Assembly: GCA_002010065.2 (NCBI GenBank)
Contig: MTMD02000007.1
Location: 1-64,000, forward strand
Source: Candidatus Pyrohabitans jungbluthii
GTDB taxonomy: Archaea; Hydrothermarchaeota; Hydrothermarchaeia; Hydrothermarchaeales; BMS3B
Reading direction: 5' to 3'
Length of the DNA stretch: 64,000 nt
Shown here: piece by piece, positions 1 to 9,867 of the stretch
How the letters are laid out: each line of letters opens with the position of its first letter
How positions within the stretch are numbered: the stretch's first letter is position 1
The notes under the pieces: model-generated
What the model saw: the letters and a program-made list of their open reading frames with translations, nothing else
Database searches by the model: none
Told to the model about the DNA's origin: nothing
Translations under genes and position numbers: made by a program

Positions 1-654
1 CATCCCCAGCGCCTTGCCCATGGCTATGTCGGTATCCAGGCGGTCGCCTATCAGCAGTGTCTCCTCGGGTTTCGCTTTTAGATGGCGCAGTATTAACTCT
101 CCAATTATTTTTGAAGGCTTTCCGATGAGCTTTGCCTTTTTTCCGCTCGCTGTCTCCACCGCAGCGACTATAGCGCCTGCGCCAGGGATTAGCCCCCGCT
201 CAGTAACCAGCGTGGGATCGCGATTGGTGGCGAGCAGCTCAGCGCCGCGAAGCAGGTGGTGCTGTGCCATGGCGAGCTTCTCATAGGTGAAGCGCCTGTC
301 CAACCCAACCACCACAAGTTTGCAGTCGCTCTCTCTAACGCTAATGCCCCGCCACTCAAGCTCCTTTCGCAAACCTCCTTCGCCTATCACGTAAACACCT
401 GCCCTGCGGTAGTGCTCCGCTATATACTGCGCCGCCGCGTAGGCTGAGGTGATTATCTCGCCCTCCTCCACCTCTATCCCCAGCGCAGAGAGCTTCTCCG
501 CATACTCCGCTCTGGTTTTAGTGGAGTTGTTTGTAACGAAGAGCACCTTTCCTCGCTTTCTGAGCTTGGCTATCTTCTCCTCAACGCCCGGCAATAGCTC
601 GCTACCTCGGTACACTACCCCATCTAAATCGAGCACAAAGGCTTTGAAATCCAT
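1..654 (-). CDS. HAD-superfamily subfamily IIA hydrolase (NagD-like); 3' end runs off the window
   Basis: Manual translation from ATG 654: MDFKAFVLDLDGVVYRG...FVTNNS...GKPS...IGDRLDTDI (HAD motifs I-IV). Confidence 0.9.
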   Translation of the reverse strand, partial: MDFKAFVLDLDGVVYRGSELLPGVEEKIAKLRKRGKVLFVTNNSTKTRAEYAEKLSALGIEVEEGEIITSAYAAAQYIAEHYRRAGVYVIGEGGLRKELEWRGISVRESDCKLVVVGLDRRFTYEKLAMAQHHLLRGAELLATNRDPTLVTERGLIPGAGAIVAAVETASGKKAKLIGKPSKIIGELILRHLKAKPEETLLIGDRLDTDIAMGKALGM

Positions 655-690
655 GCACTAAGCTTCCCGCAGAGGTTTTAAATAGCTTAC

Positions 691-1095
691 TTAGCAGTGC
701 AACTCAGCGATGTGGTACGGCTTAATGTGGCTTAGCAGCTCTATCTTAAAAACCAGCCTTTTGCCTACCAGCTCGTGGGGATGAGGAAAGCCCTTCTCGG
801 GAGGCACCTCCACAACTCGAACCTCGCCCTCGCGCATCCCTATCAATGCCTCCTCCACTCCCCGGGGAAATCTACCTGCGCCCGCGATGCTCCACCAGGG
901 TTTATACTCTTCGTTCGGGTCGTATATTCCATGGCGCTTCGCTTCAGCTTCGCTTGTGGTGAACACAGCCTTGCCATTGTAAAAAGCGGTGAGGTGCACC
1001 AGCACGTGGTCGCCTTTAGCCACAAAGCGCTCATGCTCAAGGATGGCACTCTCTCCGTCACACCCCAAGCTGCGCTTGTGGGTAACTTCGCCCAT
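691..1095 (-). CDS. FKBP-type peptidyl-prolyl cis-trans isomerase (short)
   Basis: KGDHVLVHLT...GVEEALIGMREGEVRVVEVPPEKGF...LVGKRLVFKIELL. Confidence 0.8.
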   Translation of the reverse strand: MGEVTHKRSLGCDGESAILEHERFVAKGDHVLVHLTAFYNGKAVFTTSEAEAKRHGIYDPNEEYKPWWSIAGAGRFPRGVEEALIGMREGEVRVVEVPPEKGFPHPHELVGKRLVFKIELLSHIKPYHIAELHC

Positions 1096-1153
1096 GTGAA
1101 TTGCTTTTCCCAGTAACCTGGGAAAATATTGTTACAATGTGTTGAACACTTTA

Positions 1154-1939
1154 TTACTTGCTCTCCTCTTCCTCCTCTCTGCGCTGCTTATCCCTGTACT
1201 TCAGGAAGGGCTCCAGCAGCTCTATGGGCACAGGGAGAATAAACACGCTCGCCTTTTCGCTCGTCGCCTCACGCACCGTCTGAAGGAAGCGCAGCTGCAT
1301 CGCTCCAGGCTCGCGAGCCATAATCTGAGCCGCTTCCGCAAGCTTCTGTGCCGCCTGAAACTCGCCCTGCGCTGAGATTATCTTTGCCCTTCTCTCTCGC
1401 TCCGCCTCAGCTTGAGCCGCCATGGCGCGCTGCATTGTCTGGGGTATCTCTACGTCCTTAATCTCCACCGCCGTGACCTTAACCCCCCAGGGGTCTGTCT
1501 GCTGGTCAATCACCGACTGAAGCCTTTCATTGAGCTTCTCCCTCTCGGCAAGGAGTTCGTCCAGCTCCGCCTGGCCAATAATGCTGCGCAGCGTCGTCTG
1601 AGCTATCATCGAGGTCGCCGCGAGGTAGTTCTCCACCTCAACTATGGCCCTCTCGGGGTCTATAATCCTGAAGTAGACCACCGCATTAACACGCACTGTA
1701 ACGTTATCCTTGGTGATAATCTCCTGCGATGGCACGTCCAGTGTAACGGTGCGCAGGTCCACCTTAACCATGCGGTCCACGATGGGGATGAGGAATATAA
1801 TCCCCGGACCCTTGGCTCCTATCAGCCTTCCCAACCTGAAAACCACGCCGCGCTCATACTCGCGAACCACGCGTATCGCAGAGGATAGCAGAAGAAGCGC
1901 AACTATAATAAGCGCAGGAAGGGTTACAAAGTCAACCAC
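1154..1939 (-). CDS. SPFH/stomatin (slipin) family membrane protein
   Basis: N-terminal [34 protein letters not shown]; paired with NfeD. Confidence 0.95.
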   Translation of the reverse strand: MVDFVTLPALIIVALLLLSSAIRVVREYERGVVFRLGRLIGAKGPGIIFLIPIVDRMVKVDLRTVTLDVPSQEIITKDNVTVRVNAVVYFRIIDPERAIVEVENYLAATSMIAQTTLRSIIGQAELDELLAEREKLNERLQSVIDQQTDPWGVKVTAVEIKDVEIPQTMQRAMAAQAEAERERRAKIISAQGEFQAAQKLAEAAQIMAREPGAMQLRFLQTVREATSEKASVFILPVPIELLEPFLKYRDKQRREEEEESK

Positions 1940-3211
1940 TTAACTCACCTCCTCAACTATTAAGGTAAGATTGTCCACATCCACTACTTTAACCTTTTTA
2001 TCCTTTGGTATGCTCCCATGCTTGGCAACAGCCCGCCACAGCTCGCCTCTAACAAAAACGTAGCCCTCCGGCGAGAGATTGGTCTTTGCTACGCCAACCA
2101 TGCCAAGCATGGCCTCTTTACCCGTCTTTGGCTTTCGCCTCATGGCTTTAATCGCCAAGCCGAGTGCAAAGGCGAAGAAGAGCGCTGTAAAGGCGGTTGC
2201 CGAGGCTATTAGCTTGAGGGAGATTGCCACAAAGGGCTCCTTCTCAGCGTCTATGAGCATGAGGGAGCCTAAAAGAAAGGAGATAATACCCCCTGCGGTT
2301 AGTATGCCATAGCTCGGCACCTGAGTTTCTGCTATTAAGAGAAGCACCGCAAAGAGTATCAGAGCCAAACCCGTGGCGCTAACGCTAAGCGCCTGAAAGC
2401 TCCACAGCGCCATAATTATGGCTATTACACCCACCACGCCTGGGAGTATCGCCCCTGGGTTTGAGAGCTCCATAATAATGCCGTAAATGCCTACGAGGAA
2501 GAGGATGTATGCTATGTTGGGGTCAGAAATTTTGTGCAGAAAGTTCTCCCGCATGCTCATGGGTATGCGCACAATCTCAGCGTCGCGCGTGCGAAGCACC
2601 TTAGCCTTGCCCTTAATCTCCACCTCCATGCCGTCCATGCGGGAGAGAAGATCCTCATAGTCTGCTGCCACCAGGTCTATTATCCCAAGCCCCAGCGCCT
2701 CAGAAGCGGAGAGGGATTCGCTCGTTACCACGAAGCTCTCTGCTACGCGAACATTCCTCCCCCTTAGTTCTGCCAGGCTGCGCATATAAGCGCGGGCATC
2801 GTTGACCACCTTCTCGCTCACTGCACCCTCCCCTCCCATAGCCACGGGATGCGCTGCACCGACGTTTGTGCCGGGAGACATCGCAGCCAAGTGACTTGCC
2901 ACGAGGATGAAGCTCCCCGCAGAGGCAGCCCTCGCCCCGCGTGGGTAGACGTACGCAACCACGGGTACGCGCGAATCAAGAATGTCCTGGATTATGCTCC
3001 TCATGCTGGCGTCGAGTCCGCCGGGTGTGTTCATTTCAAGGATGAGCGCCTCAGCGCCCTGCTCCTCAGCCTGCACTATGGCACGAGCTACGTAATCCTT
3101 CACCACAGGGTCTATTACCCCCTCCACCTCCACCACTATAACCTCGCCCCCCTCCGCGTGGGCAGAGTTTATAAGCAGGAAGAAGCTCAATAGTATTGCA
3201 AGTATGCGCAT
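1940..3211 (-). CDS. nfeD: NfeD/STOPP membrane-bound ClpP-class serine protease
   Basis: Signal peptide, MNTPGG, AASAG, GAAHPV, TM bundle, C-terminal OB fold (VRGELWRA); abuts the stomatin gene. Confidence 0.93.
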   Translation of the reverse strand: MRILAILLSFFLLINSAHAEGGEVIVVEVEGVIDPVVKDYVARAIVQAEEQGAEALILEMNTPGGLDASMRSIIQDILDSRVPVVAYVYPRGARAASAGSFILVASHLAAMSPGTNVGAAHPVAMGGEGAVSEKVVNDARAYMRSLAELRGRNVRVAESFVVTSESLSASEALGLGIIDLVAADYEDLLSRMDGMEVEIKGKAKVLRTRDAEIVRIPMSMRENFLHKISDPNIAYILFLVGIYGIIMELSNPGAILPGVVGVIAIIMALWSFQALSVSATGLALILFAVLLLIAETQVPSYGILTAGGIISFLLGSLMLIDAEKEPFVAISLKLIASATAFTALFFAFALGLAIKAMRRKPKTGKEAMLGMVGVAKTNLSPEGYVFVRGELWRAVAKHGSIPKDKKVKVVDVDNLTLIVEEVS

Positions 3212-3255
3212 ATTATAACATTGTACCCGTGGTTTAAAGTCTTTGAGGTGCTAAC

Positions 3256-4221
3256 ATGATAGAAGCTGTATGGGTTGAGAAGTATCGCCCCTCTAAGCTC
3301 GACGAGATGGTGGGGCAGCGCGAGGTGGTGGAGCGCCTAAAAGGTTATGTCGCCTCACGCAATATGCCCAACCTGCTCTTCGCGGGGCCGCCCGGCACGG
3401 GCAAGACCACCGCCGCTTTAGCTCTCGCAAGGGAATTTTTCGGTAAAAATTGGAAAGCCAACTTTCTGGAGCTCAACGCCAGCGATGAGCGCGGCATAGA
3501 CGTGGTTAGGGGCAAGATAAAGAACTTCGCTCGTACGCAGGCGATAGGCGGTGACTTCAAGATAATCTTCCTGGACGAGGCAGATGCTTTAACCAAGGAC
3601 GCGCAGCATGCGCTGCGCAGAACCATGGAGATGTACACCAGCACCTGCCGCTTCATCCTTAGCTGCAACTATTCAAGCAAGATAATTGAGCCCATTCAGT
3701 CGCGCTGCGCTTTATTCAGGTTTCGTCCCCTGAACGACGAGGATATTACCCAGGTGGTGCGTAGGATAGCCATGAAGGAGGGGCTCGACCTCACCAAAGA
3801 CGGACTGGAGGCGATACTCTACGTTGCAGAAGGAGACCTTCGCAAGGCGATAAACCTGCTGCAGTCCGCTGCAGCCTTCGGAAAGGAGATAGATGCAGAG
3901 CTTGTGTACAGGATTGTCGGCAAGGCTAGGCCGCAAGAGGTGAGGGAGATGCTGAGCATAGCCATGAAGGGAGACTTCCTCAAAGCGAGGGAGAAGCTAC
4001 GTGAATTAATGATAACCTACGGGATGAGCGGAGAAGACGTCGTAGCTCAGATGCACCGTGAGACTTTCAATCTGGACATACCCGACCGCCAGAAGGTTGA
4101 GCTGGTGGACATAATAGGAGAGTACGACTTCAGAATTAAGGAGGGTGCAAGCGAGCTTATTCAGCTTGAAGCACTCCTCGCGCAGTTCGTTGCAAGAGGG
4201 GGTGGAGAAAATAGTGTGTGA
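3256..4221 (+). CDS. rfcS: Replication factor C small subunit
   Basis: [33 protein letters not shown]. Confidence 0.97.
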   Translation: MIEAVWVEKYRPSKLDEMVGQREVVERLKGYVASRNMPNLLFAGPPGTGKTTAALALAREFFGKNWKANFLELNASDERGIDVVRGKIKNFARTQAIGGDFKIIFLDEADALTKDAQHALRRTMEMYTSTCRFILSCNYSSKIIEPIQSRCALFRFRPLNDEDITQVVRRIAMKEGLDLTKDGLEAILYVAEGDLRKAINLLQSAAAFGKEIDAELVYRIVGKARPQEVREMLSIAMKGDFLKAREKLRELMITYGMSGEDVVAQMHRETFNLDIPDRQKVELVDIIGEYDFRIKEGASELIQLEALLAQFVARGGGENSV

Positions 4222-5581
4222 AGATTATGAGCAGGAGATGCAGAGAATCCACGAGAAGGTGGGTGAGAGGTATCGCAACGTGTTTGTCACCGATGCGGAG
4301 TCGATAAACAGGCTTATACAGGAGATAAGTGCAGAGATTGGCGACGCTTCGCAGGAGGCGGTGCGCTGCTATGTGTATGAGCACCTCAGCTTGGGGAAGC
4401 TCACTCCCTTCATGATGGACGACAACCTCGAGGAGATTATGGTTGTGGGGCAGGGCTTGCCGGTGTATATCTTTGACAGGATCGCAGGAATGAAGGAGAC
4501 GGACATATTCCTCGAGGAGGATGAGGTAAAGAGGTTAATCCAACGCATCGCAAGGTACAACGGCAGAGAGGTTGATTCCCGCTCTCCTCTGCTCGACGCC
4601 CGACTTCCAGATGGCTCACGAGTTAATGCTACCCTCCATGAGGTTTCCCCACGGGGCTCCACTTTAACTATAAGAAAGTTTCGCAGGGAGCCTCTAACCA
4701 TAGTTGACCTCATAAGGTTTGGAACAATAACACCAAGGCTGGCGGCTTACCTCTGGTTAGCCGTCGAAGGCTTGCGCACAAAGCCTGCGAACATACTCAT
4801 AATAGGCGGCACAGCAAGCGGTAAAACATCCACGCTTAATGCTCTCTCCGCCTTTGTTCCGGAAAATGAGCGCATAATCAGCATTGAGGACGTTCTTGAA
4901 ATATCTCTGGTGCACAAGCACTGGATTCCTCTGGAAACACGTCCGCCGGACAGTGAGGGCAACGAGATAACCATGGATGACCTTCTCAAGAATGCGCTTC
5001 GCATGCGCCCCGATAGAATACTCGTGGGCGAGGTTCGTGGAGAGGAGGCTCTAACCCTCTTCACCGCCATGAACACAGGTCACGACGGGTGCATGGCAAC
5101 GCTTCACGCAAATTCTGCAAAGGAGACAATCTCAAGGCTCACCAGCCACCCCATGAATGTCCCCAGGATAATGATACCTGCCTTGGACATGATAGTTGCC
5201 CAGAAGAGGCAGATAGAGGGGGGCAGGTTAAAGCGCCGCGTGTTTGAGGTTCTGGAAATCTCCGGTACGGAAGGTGATAATGTACTCACCAACACCCTCT
5301 TCAAGCAGAATCCAAAAACAGGTGGGCTTGAAGAGGTGCTCATCAACGGCAGGTATATGCAACACCTCTCCTCCTTGACGAACCTAAGCCTTAAAGAGAT
5401 TGACGCCGAACTCAAGCGCCGCGAAGCTTTGCTTGAGGTGATGGCAAGGAAGAACCTAAAGATGAAGGAAATCCACGAGGTGGTGCAGCTCTACTACAGG
5501 AGCCCTGAGATGGCTGTGGAGATGCTTGAGAGGTACATTACCGAGGCGGAGACAAAGAAGAAGGGCTGGCTGGACCTCTAG
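4214..5581 (+). CDS. Type II/IV secretion-system / pilus assembly ATPase (CpaF/TadA/VirB11 family)
   Basis: [43 protein letters not shown]; GTG 4214 follows GGTGGAG and overlaps the rfcS stop. Confidence 0.9.
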   Translation: MCEDYEQEMQRIHEKVGERYRNVFVTDAESINRLIQEISAEIGDASQEAVRCYVYEHLSLGKLTPFMMDDNLEEIMVVGQGLPVYIFDRIAGMKETDIFLEEDEVKRLIQRIARYNGREVDSRSPLLDARLPDGSRVNATLHEVSPRGSTLTIRKFRREPLTIVDLIRFGTITPRLAAYLWLAVEGLRTKPANILIIGGTASGKTSTLNALSAFVPENERIISIEDVLEISLVHKHWIPLETRPPDSEGNEITMDDLLKNALRMRPDRILVGEVRGEEALTLFTAMNTGHDGCMATLHANSAKETISRLTSHPMNVPRIMIPALDMIVAQKRQIEGGRLKRRVFEVLEISGTEGDNVLTNTLFKQNPKTGGLEEVLINGRYMQHLSSLTNLSLKEIDAELKRREALLEVMARKNLKMKEIHEVVQLYYRSPEMAVEMLERYITEAETKKKGWLDL

Positions 5582-6087
5582 TCTACTACCACAATTTTGA
5601 GCACCTTCCTCTTAACAGGCACCAGCTTTTTTAACTCTACAGTAATATTGCGCTCCACCACGAATTTTTCCATCCCAACCTCCGGGAAGTTGCCATCAAC
5701 CTCGTAGATGTAGTAGCCCTCCTCTCCGTCTATGTTGGTAACGTACTCTCTCCCATTGCGCTCCTCTATCTTTATGCCAGAAACCTGTCTCAGCGCCTCG
5801 AGCACAGTGGTGCCTTTCTTTACCGCCACCTCATGCTTTTCAGCCAGCTCGTCAAAGGCAGAATAAATAGTATCCAGCTTAGCCTTGAGCACGTGCGTCT
5901 TTCCGAACCTCTGCCTCTCCACCAGCTTAGCCTCCTCGAGAATTTTCACATGCTTCGCAGCCACAGGCTTTGAGATACCCAGCTCCTTCGCCAAGCCTGA
6001 GATGTGGTACTCCCTGCGCAGGAGCAGCTTCATCATCCTTCGCCGCGTATCACTTGCCAGCGCCTTAAACATATTTTTAGCCTCCAT
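5578..6087 (-). CDS. ArsR-family transcriptional regulator with C-terminal DUF4430/transcobalamin-like beta-grasp domain
   Basis: N-terminal wHTH (FKALASDTRR...KHVKILEEAKLV); C-terminal GTTVLEAL...YVTNIDG...YIYEVDG resembles B12-binding beta-grasp domains. Confidence 0.75.
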   Translation of the reverse strand: MEAKNMFKALASDTRRRMMKLLLRREYHISGLAKELGISKPVAAKHVKILEEAKLVERQRFGKTHVLKAKLDTIYSAFDELAEKHEVAVKKGTTVLEALRQVSGIKIEERNGREYVTNIDGEEGYYIYEVDGNFPEVGMEKFVVERNITVELKKLVPVKRKVLKIVVVD

Positions 6088-6097
6088 GGTAATTTTT

Positions 6098-6115
6098 GTT
6101 ATCCATCTGGGTAAC
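6098..6115. promoter_or_regulatory. Palindromic operator candidate GTTATCC-ATCT-GGGTAAC
   Basis: 7-bp arms with 1 mismatch, between the minus-strand TATA (~6131-6139) and the ArsR start; near-copy at 8022-8039. Confidence 0.6.
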
Positions 6116-6162
6116 TATATGGCGACAAAGGTATAAAAAGTATTAGCACAACTACCAGAATT

Positions 6163-7089
6163 ATGGACATAAGGATAGAGAATCTGCGCGTTTTTAACGG
6201 CATCGCCTTCGTCGCCCACTCGGCAAGGGTTAGCGGCGTGGGAAAGGTGCCCTGCGAGTGCGGTGGCGTCGCAAGCTGCGAGCGCTGCTCTGGTTCTGGG
6301 TTACGCGAGCCAAGCGACGAGGAAATCTTCAACATGATTTTAGAAAACGACTACTCCAGCGCTCTGGAGCATGTGGTTTTCAGCTTTGAGATTCGCGGGC
6401 TGAGCAAGGGCAACGCCGCAGAGCTTCTGGAGCATCGAATAGCTTCGCATACCGGGCGAAGCACCCGCTATCAGAGCGAGGCAGGCTTCGACTTCAACCT
6501 CCCACCCAAGGTGGAGGAGATTCTGGGGAAGCACGGCATACGCGAAGAGGAGTACAAGGAGATGGTGCTCCGCGGCGCAGCTATGCCGGAGCACCTTCCC
6601 GAGCAGGAGCGGGAGATACTCAGGCACTACGCAGAGGCGATACGCTGCTCCCAAGCTGCGTACGAGGCTCTTCTCGAGCTGGGCGCAGGCAAGGAGTCGG
6701 CACGCTACGCTACGCCATTCGCGATGCACACCGCGTACACCTACACCATAAACCTGCGCAGCCTGATAAACTTCTTTGGCTTGCGTTTATGTGTTCGCGC
6801 CTCGCCTGAGATGCGCGAGCTGGCGGCGAAGCTCTACTTGGCTGTGCGCGAAAAGTTTCCTCAAATATCGCGGGTGTGGTGCAGGGGTTATAACTACGCA
6901 GCCTGCCCAGAAAATGAGGTGCGCGACTCGCCCCAGGGTAAAGAGTGCCCCTTCAAAAATCCTAATAGCAGGGTATTCATACCCACGCGGAAGCAGATTC
7001 GCAAAGGCATAGCCCCCAAAAAATTCGACCAAGAGGCGTTTGAAAGGGTTAAGGAGGAATTGCTGCGCAGGTGGAGCGGCTATCCCTAA
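6163..7089 (+). CDS. thyX: Flavin-dependent thymidylate synthase, atypical Cys-rich variant
   Basis: SALEHVVFSFEI, EHR-x7-S (RHR-x7-S variant), KESARY, TINLRSLINFFGLRLC, EMRELA. Confidence 0.85.
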   Translation: MDIRIENLRVFNGIAFVAHSARVSGVGKVPCECGGVASCERCSGSGLREPSDEEIFNMILENDYSSALEHVVFSFEIRGLSKGNAAELLEHRIASHTGRSTRYQSEAGFDFNLPPKVEEILGKHGIREEEYKEMVLRGAAMPEHLPEQEREILRHYAEAIRCSQAAYEALLELGAGKESARYATPFAMHTAYTYTINLRSLINFFGLRLCVRASPEMRELAAKLYLAVREKFPQISRVWCRGYNYAACPENEVRDSPQGKECPFKNPNSRVFIPTRKQIRKGIAPKKFDQEAFERVKEELLRRWSGYP

Positions 7090-7820
7090 GAGCCACCGTC
7101 TTCTTTCTCCACTCTGGGCAGAAGCTTGTCTTTGAAAAGCTCGAGGTACTCCCAGGCTCTTCTGGAGAATAAGCCCAAGATGAAAGCGAATCCGTAGAGG
7201 GCATAAGAGGGAGCCTGCTTTCCACCATCCTGTTTTATAAGCATCTCAGAAAGGTTCATACTAATGCCCTCGCCAACGCCAAAATTGATGCTCACCAGCA
7301 GGAAGAGCAGGGCGAGGGCTATTAAAGGTGCCTGAACAGACTTGGAGAGGTACCAGCTTATGTGGAGCTTGCTGAAATCCCTCTGCATCACGTGCTTTGA
7401 GGCAGAGTACGTCAGGTTGGTCATGACTCCGAAAAAGCTCCAGAAGGCTGCATGGATTGCCCAGTGGGAGATACTTCTGTAGATAGTGATGTAAAGAATG
7501 GCAGCCGCGCCTGTGACTATGGCGAGAGTAACTATAACCTTCCACCCGAGGCGCAGGTTTATCTCTCTTGCCTTTTCCAGGGCATCTATGGAGAGGAGTC
7601 TCAGCTCTCTGGAGATGTCCAGAGCTTTCATTAAGTCGGCTTTGCTCTTACTTTCCTCGTAGACAAGCACAGCCTCTTCAAGCTCCTTAAACTTCTCGTG
7701 GGCTTTCTTTATAAGCTCCTCAGCCTCAGGGCTCTTTCCCTCCCACCTCTCAGCTTCGAGGATGTTCCTCTTGGCTATCTCGTAATCCTCCTTAACCTTC
7801 GCCTCCAGCTCCAAATCCAT
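7086..7820 (-). CDS. Hypothetical membrane protein (N-terminal coiled coil, about 4 TM segments)
   Basis: 244-aa ORF with charged helical N-terminus and hydrophobic segments ending AFILGLFSRRA. Confidence 0.65.
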   Translation of the reverse strand: MDLELEAKVKEDYEIAKRNILEAERWEGKSPEAEELIKKAHEKFKELEEAVLVYEESKSKADLMKALDISRELRLLSIDALEKAREINLRLGWKVIVTLAIVTGAAAILYITIYRSISHWAIHAAFWSFFGVMTNLTYSASKHVMQRDFSKLHISWYLSKSVQAPLIALALLFLLVSINFGVGEGISMNLSEMLIKQDGGKQAPSYALYGFAFILGLFSRRAWEYLELFKDKLLPRVEKEDGGS

Positions 7821-8021
7821 GCTTTATTCCCCACCCGACCGGCATAACCTCAATTTCCAGGAGAACGTCTGCATCTGCCCGAAAAAGGCGTATGCAGAGG
7901 TATTTATAGCCTATCTTGTTTTGTCATAGAATATAAATATATTGTTAGAATAAGTGTCCATATATCTGGCGCGTATTGAAAAACGTTTCACAAATGCAAA
8001 GTTGAAATGTAGCCTTCCTTT

Positions 8022-8039
8022 ATTACCCTTTTGGGTAAC
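8022..8039. promoter_or_regulatory. Palindromic operator candidate ATTACCC-TTTT-GGGTAAC upstream of cbiM
   Basis: Perfect TTACCC/GGGTAA core; same arms and spacing as 6098-6115; TATA-like element at ~8060-8068. Confidence 0.6.
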
Positions 8040-8101
8040 ACATCGCATCTATTTCGTCAAATATATAAGTGCACCTTCCAAGGCTATACGCAGGTGATGA
8101 T

Positions 8102-8782
8102 ATGCACATAATGGAAGGATTTTTACCTTCACCATGGTGGTACCTCTGGTTTATCTTCACAATACCAGTGCTCGCTTATGGGCTAACGAAGATGCGCGTC
8201 CTTGTGGAGAAAAACCCCGACATAAAGGTGCTCCTCGCCCTTGCGGGAGCCTTTACCTTTGTGCTCTCGGCGCTTAAAATGCCTTCCGTAACCGGCTCAT
8301 GCTCACACCCCACAGGCACGGGCTTAGCGGTGGTGCTCTTTGGGCCGGCGATAACCGCGGTGCTGGCGAGCATAGTGCTGCTATTTCAGGCCCTCCTCCT
8401 TGCCCACGGTGGGCTAACCACGTGGGGCGCCAATGTGGCGAGCATGGGCATAGTTGGTCCCTTCATCGGCTACGCTGTATGGAAGCTCACCTCTAAAATG
8501 AGCACGAGGGTCAGAGTTTTTCTGGCTGCGGCGGTAGCTGACCTCGCAACCTACGTGGTCACCTCGCTACAGCTTGCCCTTGCCTTCCCCGCAAAGGAAG
8601 GAGGTGTGTTGGCAAGCTTTAAAATCTTCGCGAGTATATTCGCGGTAACCCAGGTGCCCCTGGCGATAACAGAAGGTATTGTCACAGTAATAGTGTTCAA
8701 GTACATCCTGGAGCTAAAGCGGGATGTGCTTGTAGAGCTTGGGCTGTTGAAAAAGAGCGCTGCAGGAGGTGCACGTGCATGA
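8102..8782 (+). CDS. cbiM: Cobalt ECF transporter substrate component CbiM
   Basis: MHIMEGFLP metal-binding N-terminus, [17 protein letters not shown]. Confidence 0.96.
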   Translation: MHIMEGFLPSPWWYLWFIFTIPVLAYGLTKMRVLVEKNPDIKVLLALAGAFTFVLSALKMPSVTGSCSHPTGTGLAVVLFGPAITAVLASIVLLFQALLLAHGGLTTWGANVASMGIVGPFIGYAVWKLTSKMSTRVRVFLAAAVADLATYVVTSLQLALAFPAKEGGVLASFKIFASIFAVTQVPLAITEGIVTVIVFKYILELKRDVLVELGLLKKSAAGGARA

Positions 8783-9072
8783 GGCTAAGTATAGCAGCTT
8801 TCCTACTGATGCTACTCCTACCCTTCGTTGTCTTTGCGGAGAAAGAGGCAGAACCCTGGAGTGGAGCAGATGCCTTGGCAGAGCAGAAGATTGTCGAGAT
8901 TACCGGCGGCGAATATAAACCCTGGTTTTCGCCGATATGGGAGCCGCCCAGCGGTGAGATAGAGACCTTCCTTTTCTCTCTTCAAGCTGCAGCAGGAGCT
9001 GTGGTGATAGGCTACTTTGTGGGCTACTTCAGGGGCATTAAAGAAGGAATGCGCAGGGCAGAGGCGAGGTAA
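8779..9072 (+). CDS. cbiN: Cobalt transporter component CbiN
   Basis: WSGAD...[26 protein letters not shown]. Confidence 0.95.
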   Translation: MRLSIAAFLLMLLLPFVVFAEKEAEPWSGADALAEQKIVEITGGEYKPWFSPIWEPPSGEIETFLFSLQAAAGAVVIGYFVGYFRGIKEGMRRAEAR

Positions 9073-9075
9073 GCT

Positions 9076-9867
9076 ATGCACATAGAGCATGTGCTTGAGA
9101 GTTATGCCCACTCAGGCAGGCTGAGCAGCGTCGCTCCTCAGCTTAAGCTGCTCCTTGCAGGCTCCGCTCTCGTGACGACGGTGTTTTCCACCTCACCTGT
9201 TGCGCCTATTTTTATTTTCCTGGCGATGAGCACAGCACTTCTATTACTGGCAGGCATTCCCCTCAGGGTATACCTCGCTGCACTGGCAGCGCCTGCGTCC
9301 TTCACCTTACCTGTGGTGCTCCTGATGCCCTTCTTTATAGCGAGCGGCGAACCTCTGCTCACAGTAAAGCTTTTCTCCCATACCTTCGTAGCCACCAGAG
9401 AGGGGCTGAATGAAGCCCTACTTCTAGCTTCTCGCGTGCTCGCAGGTAGCGCCTCGCTCTTTTTCATAATCTTCACAACCCCCACCGCGGCGATATTCGC
9501 GGCGATGCGCTCTTTGAGGATACCCGCGCTCTTTGTGGAGATGTGCATGCTCATATACCGCTTCCTCTTTGTGCTAATAGATGAGGCGGAGCGCATGCTT
9601 AAAGCGCAGAAGATTCGCCTGGGTTACGCCAGTTACAGGCGAAGCTTCGATTCCTTCGCCTTGCTTGCCAGCAATCTCTTCCTGCGCTCATATCTAAGGT
9701 CTGAGCATGCCTTCGCGGCCCTTGAGGCGAGGGGCTATAGGGGCAATCTTGAGTTTTCCGAGTTTGGGAGAGCAAGGCTTAACCTCTCAGGGACTCTCCT
9801 CGTGACTACCTTCTCTGCGCTGCTCGCAGCCCTTGCGTATGTTACCAGAAATCTGGAGCTGGTGTGA
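9076..9867 (+). CDS. cbiQ: Cobalt ECF transporter T component CbiQ
   Basis: Multi-TM, IYRFLFVL, AQKIRLG, ALEARGY. Confidence 0.93.
   Translation: MHIEHVLESYAHSGRLSSVAPQLKLLLAGSALVTTVFSTSPVAPIFIFLAMSTALLLLAGIPLRVYLAALAAPASFTLPVVLLMPFFIASGEPLLTVKLFSHTFVATREGLNEALLLASRVLAGSASLFFIIFTTPTAAIFAAMRSLRIPALFVEMCMLIYRFLFVLIDEAERMLKAQKIRLGYASYRRSFDSFALLASNLFLRSYLRSEHAFAALEARGYRGNLEFSEFGRARLNLSGTLLVTTFSALLAALAYVTRNLELV

Noticed and set aside
1105-1126. Palindrome TTTTCCCAG-TAAC-CTGGGAAAA upstream of the FKBP gene as a third ArsR site
   Set aside because: Arms and spacing differ from the 6098/8022 motif; single occurrence, function unassigned
7821-8101. Cobalamin riboswitch upstream of cbiM
   Set aside because: AT-rich with no B12-box or extended pairing recognisable
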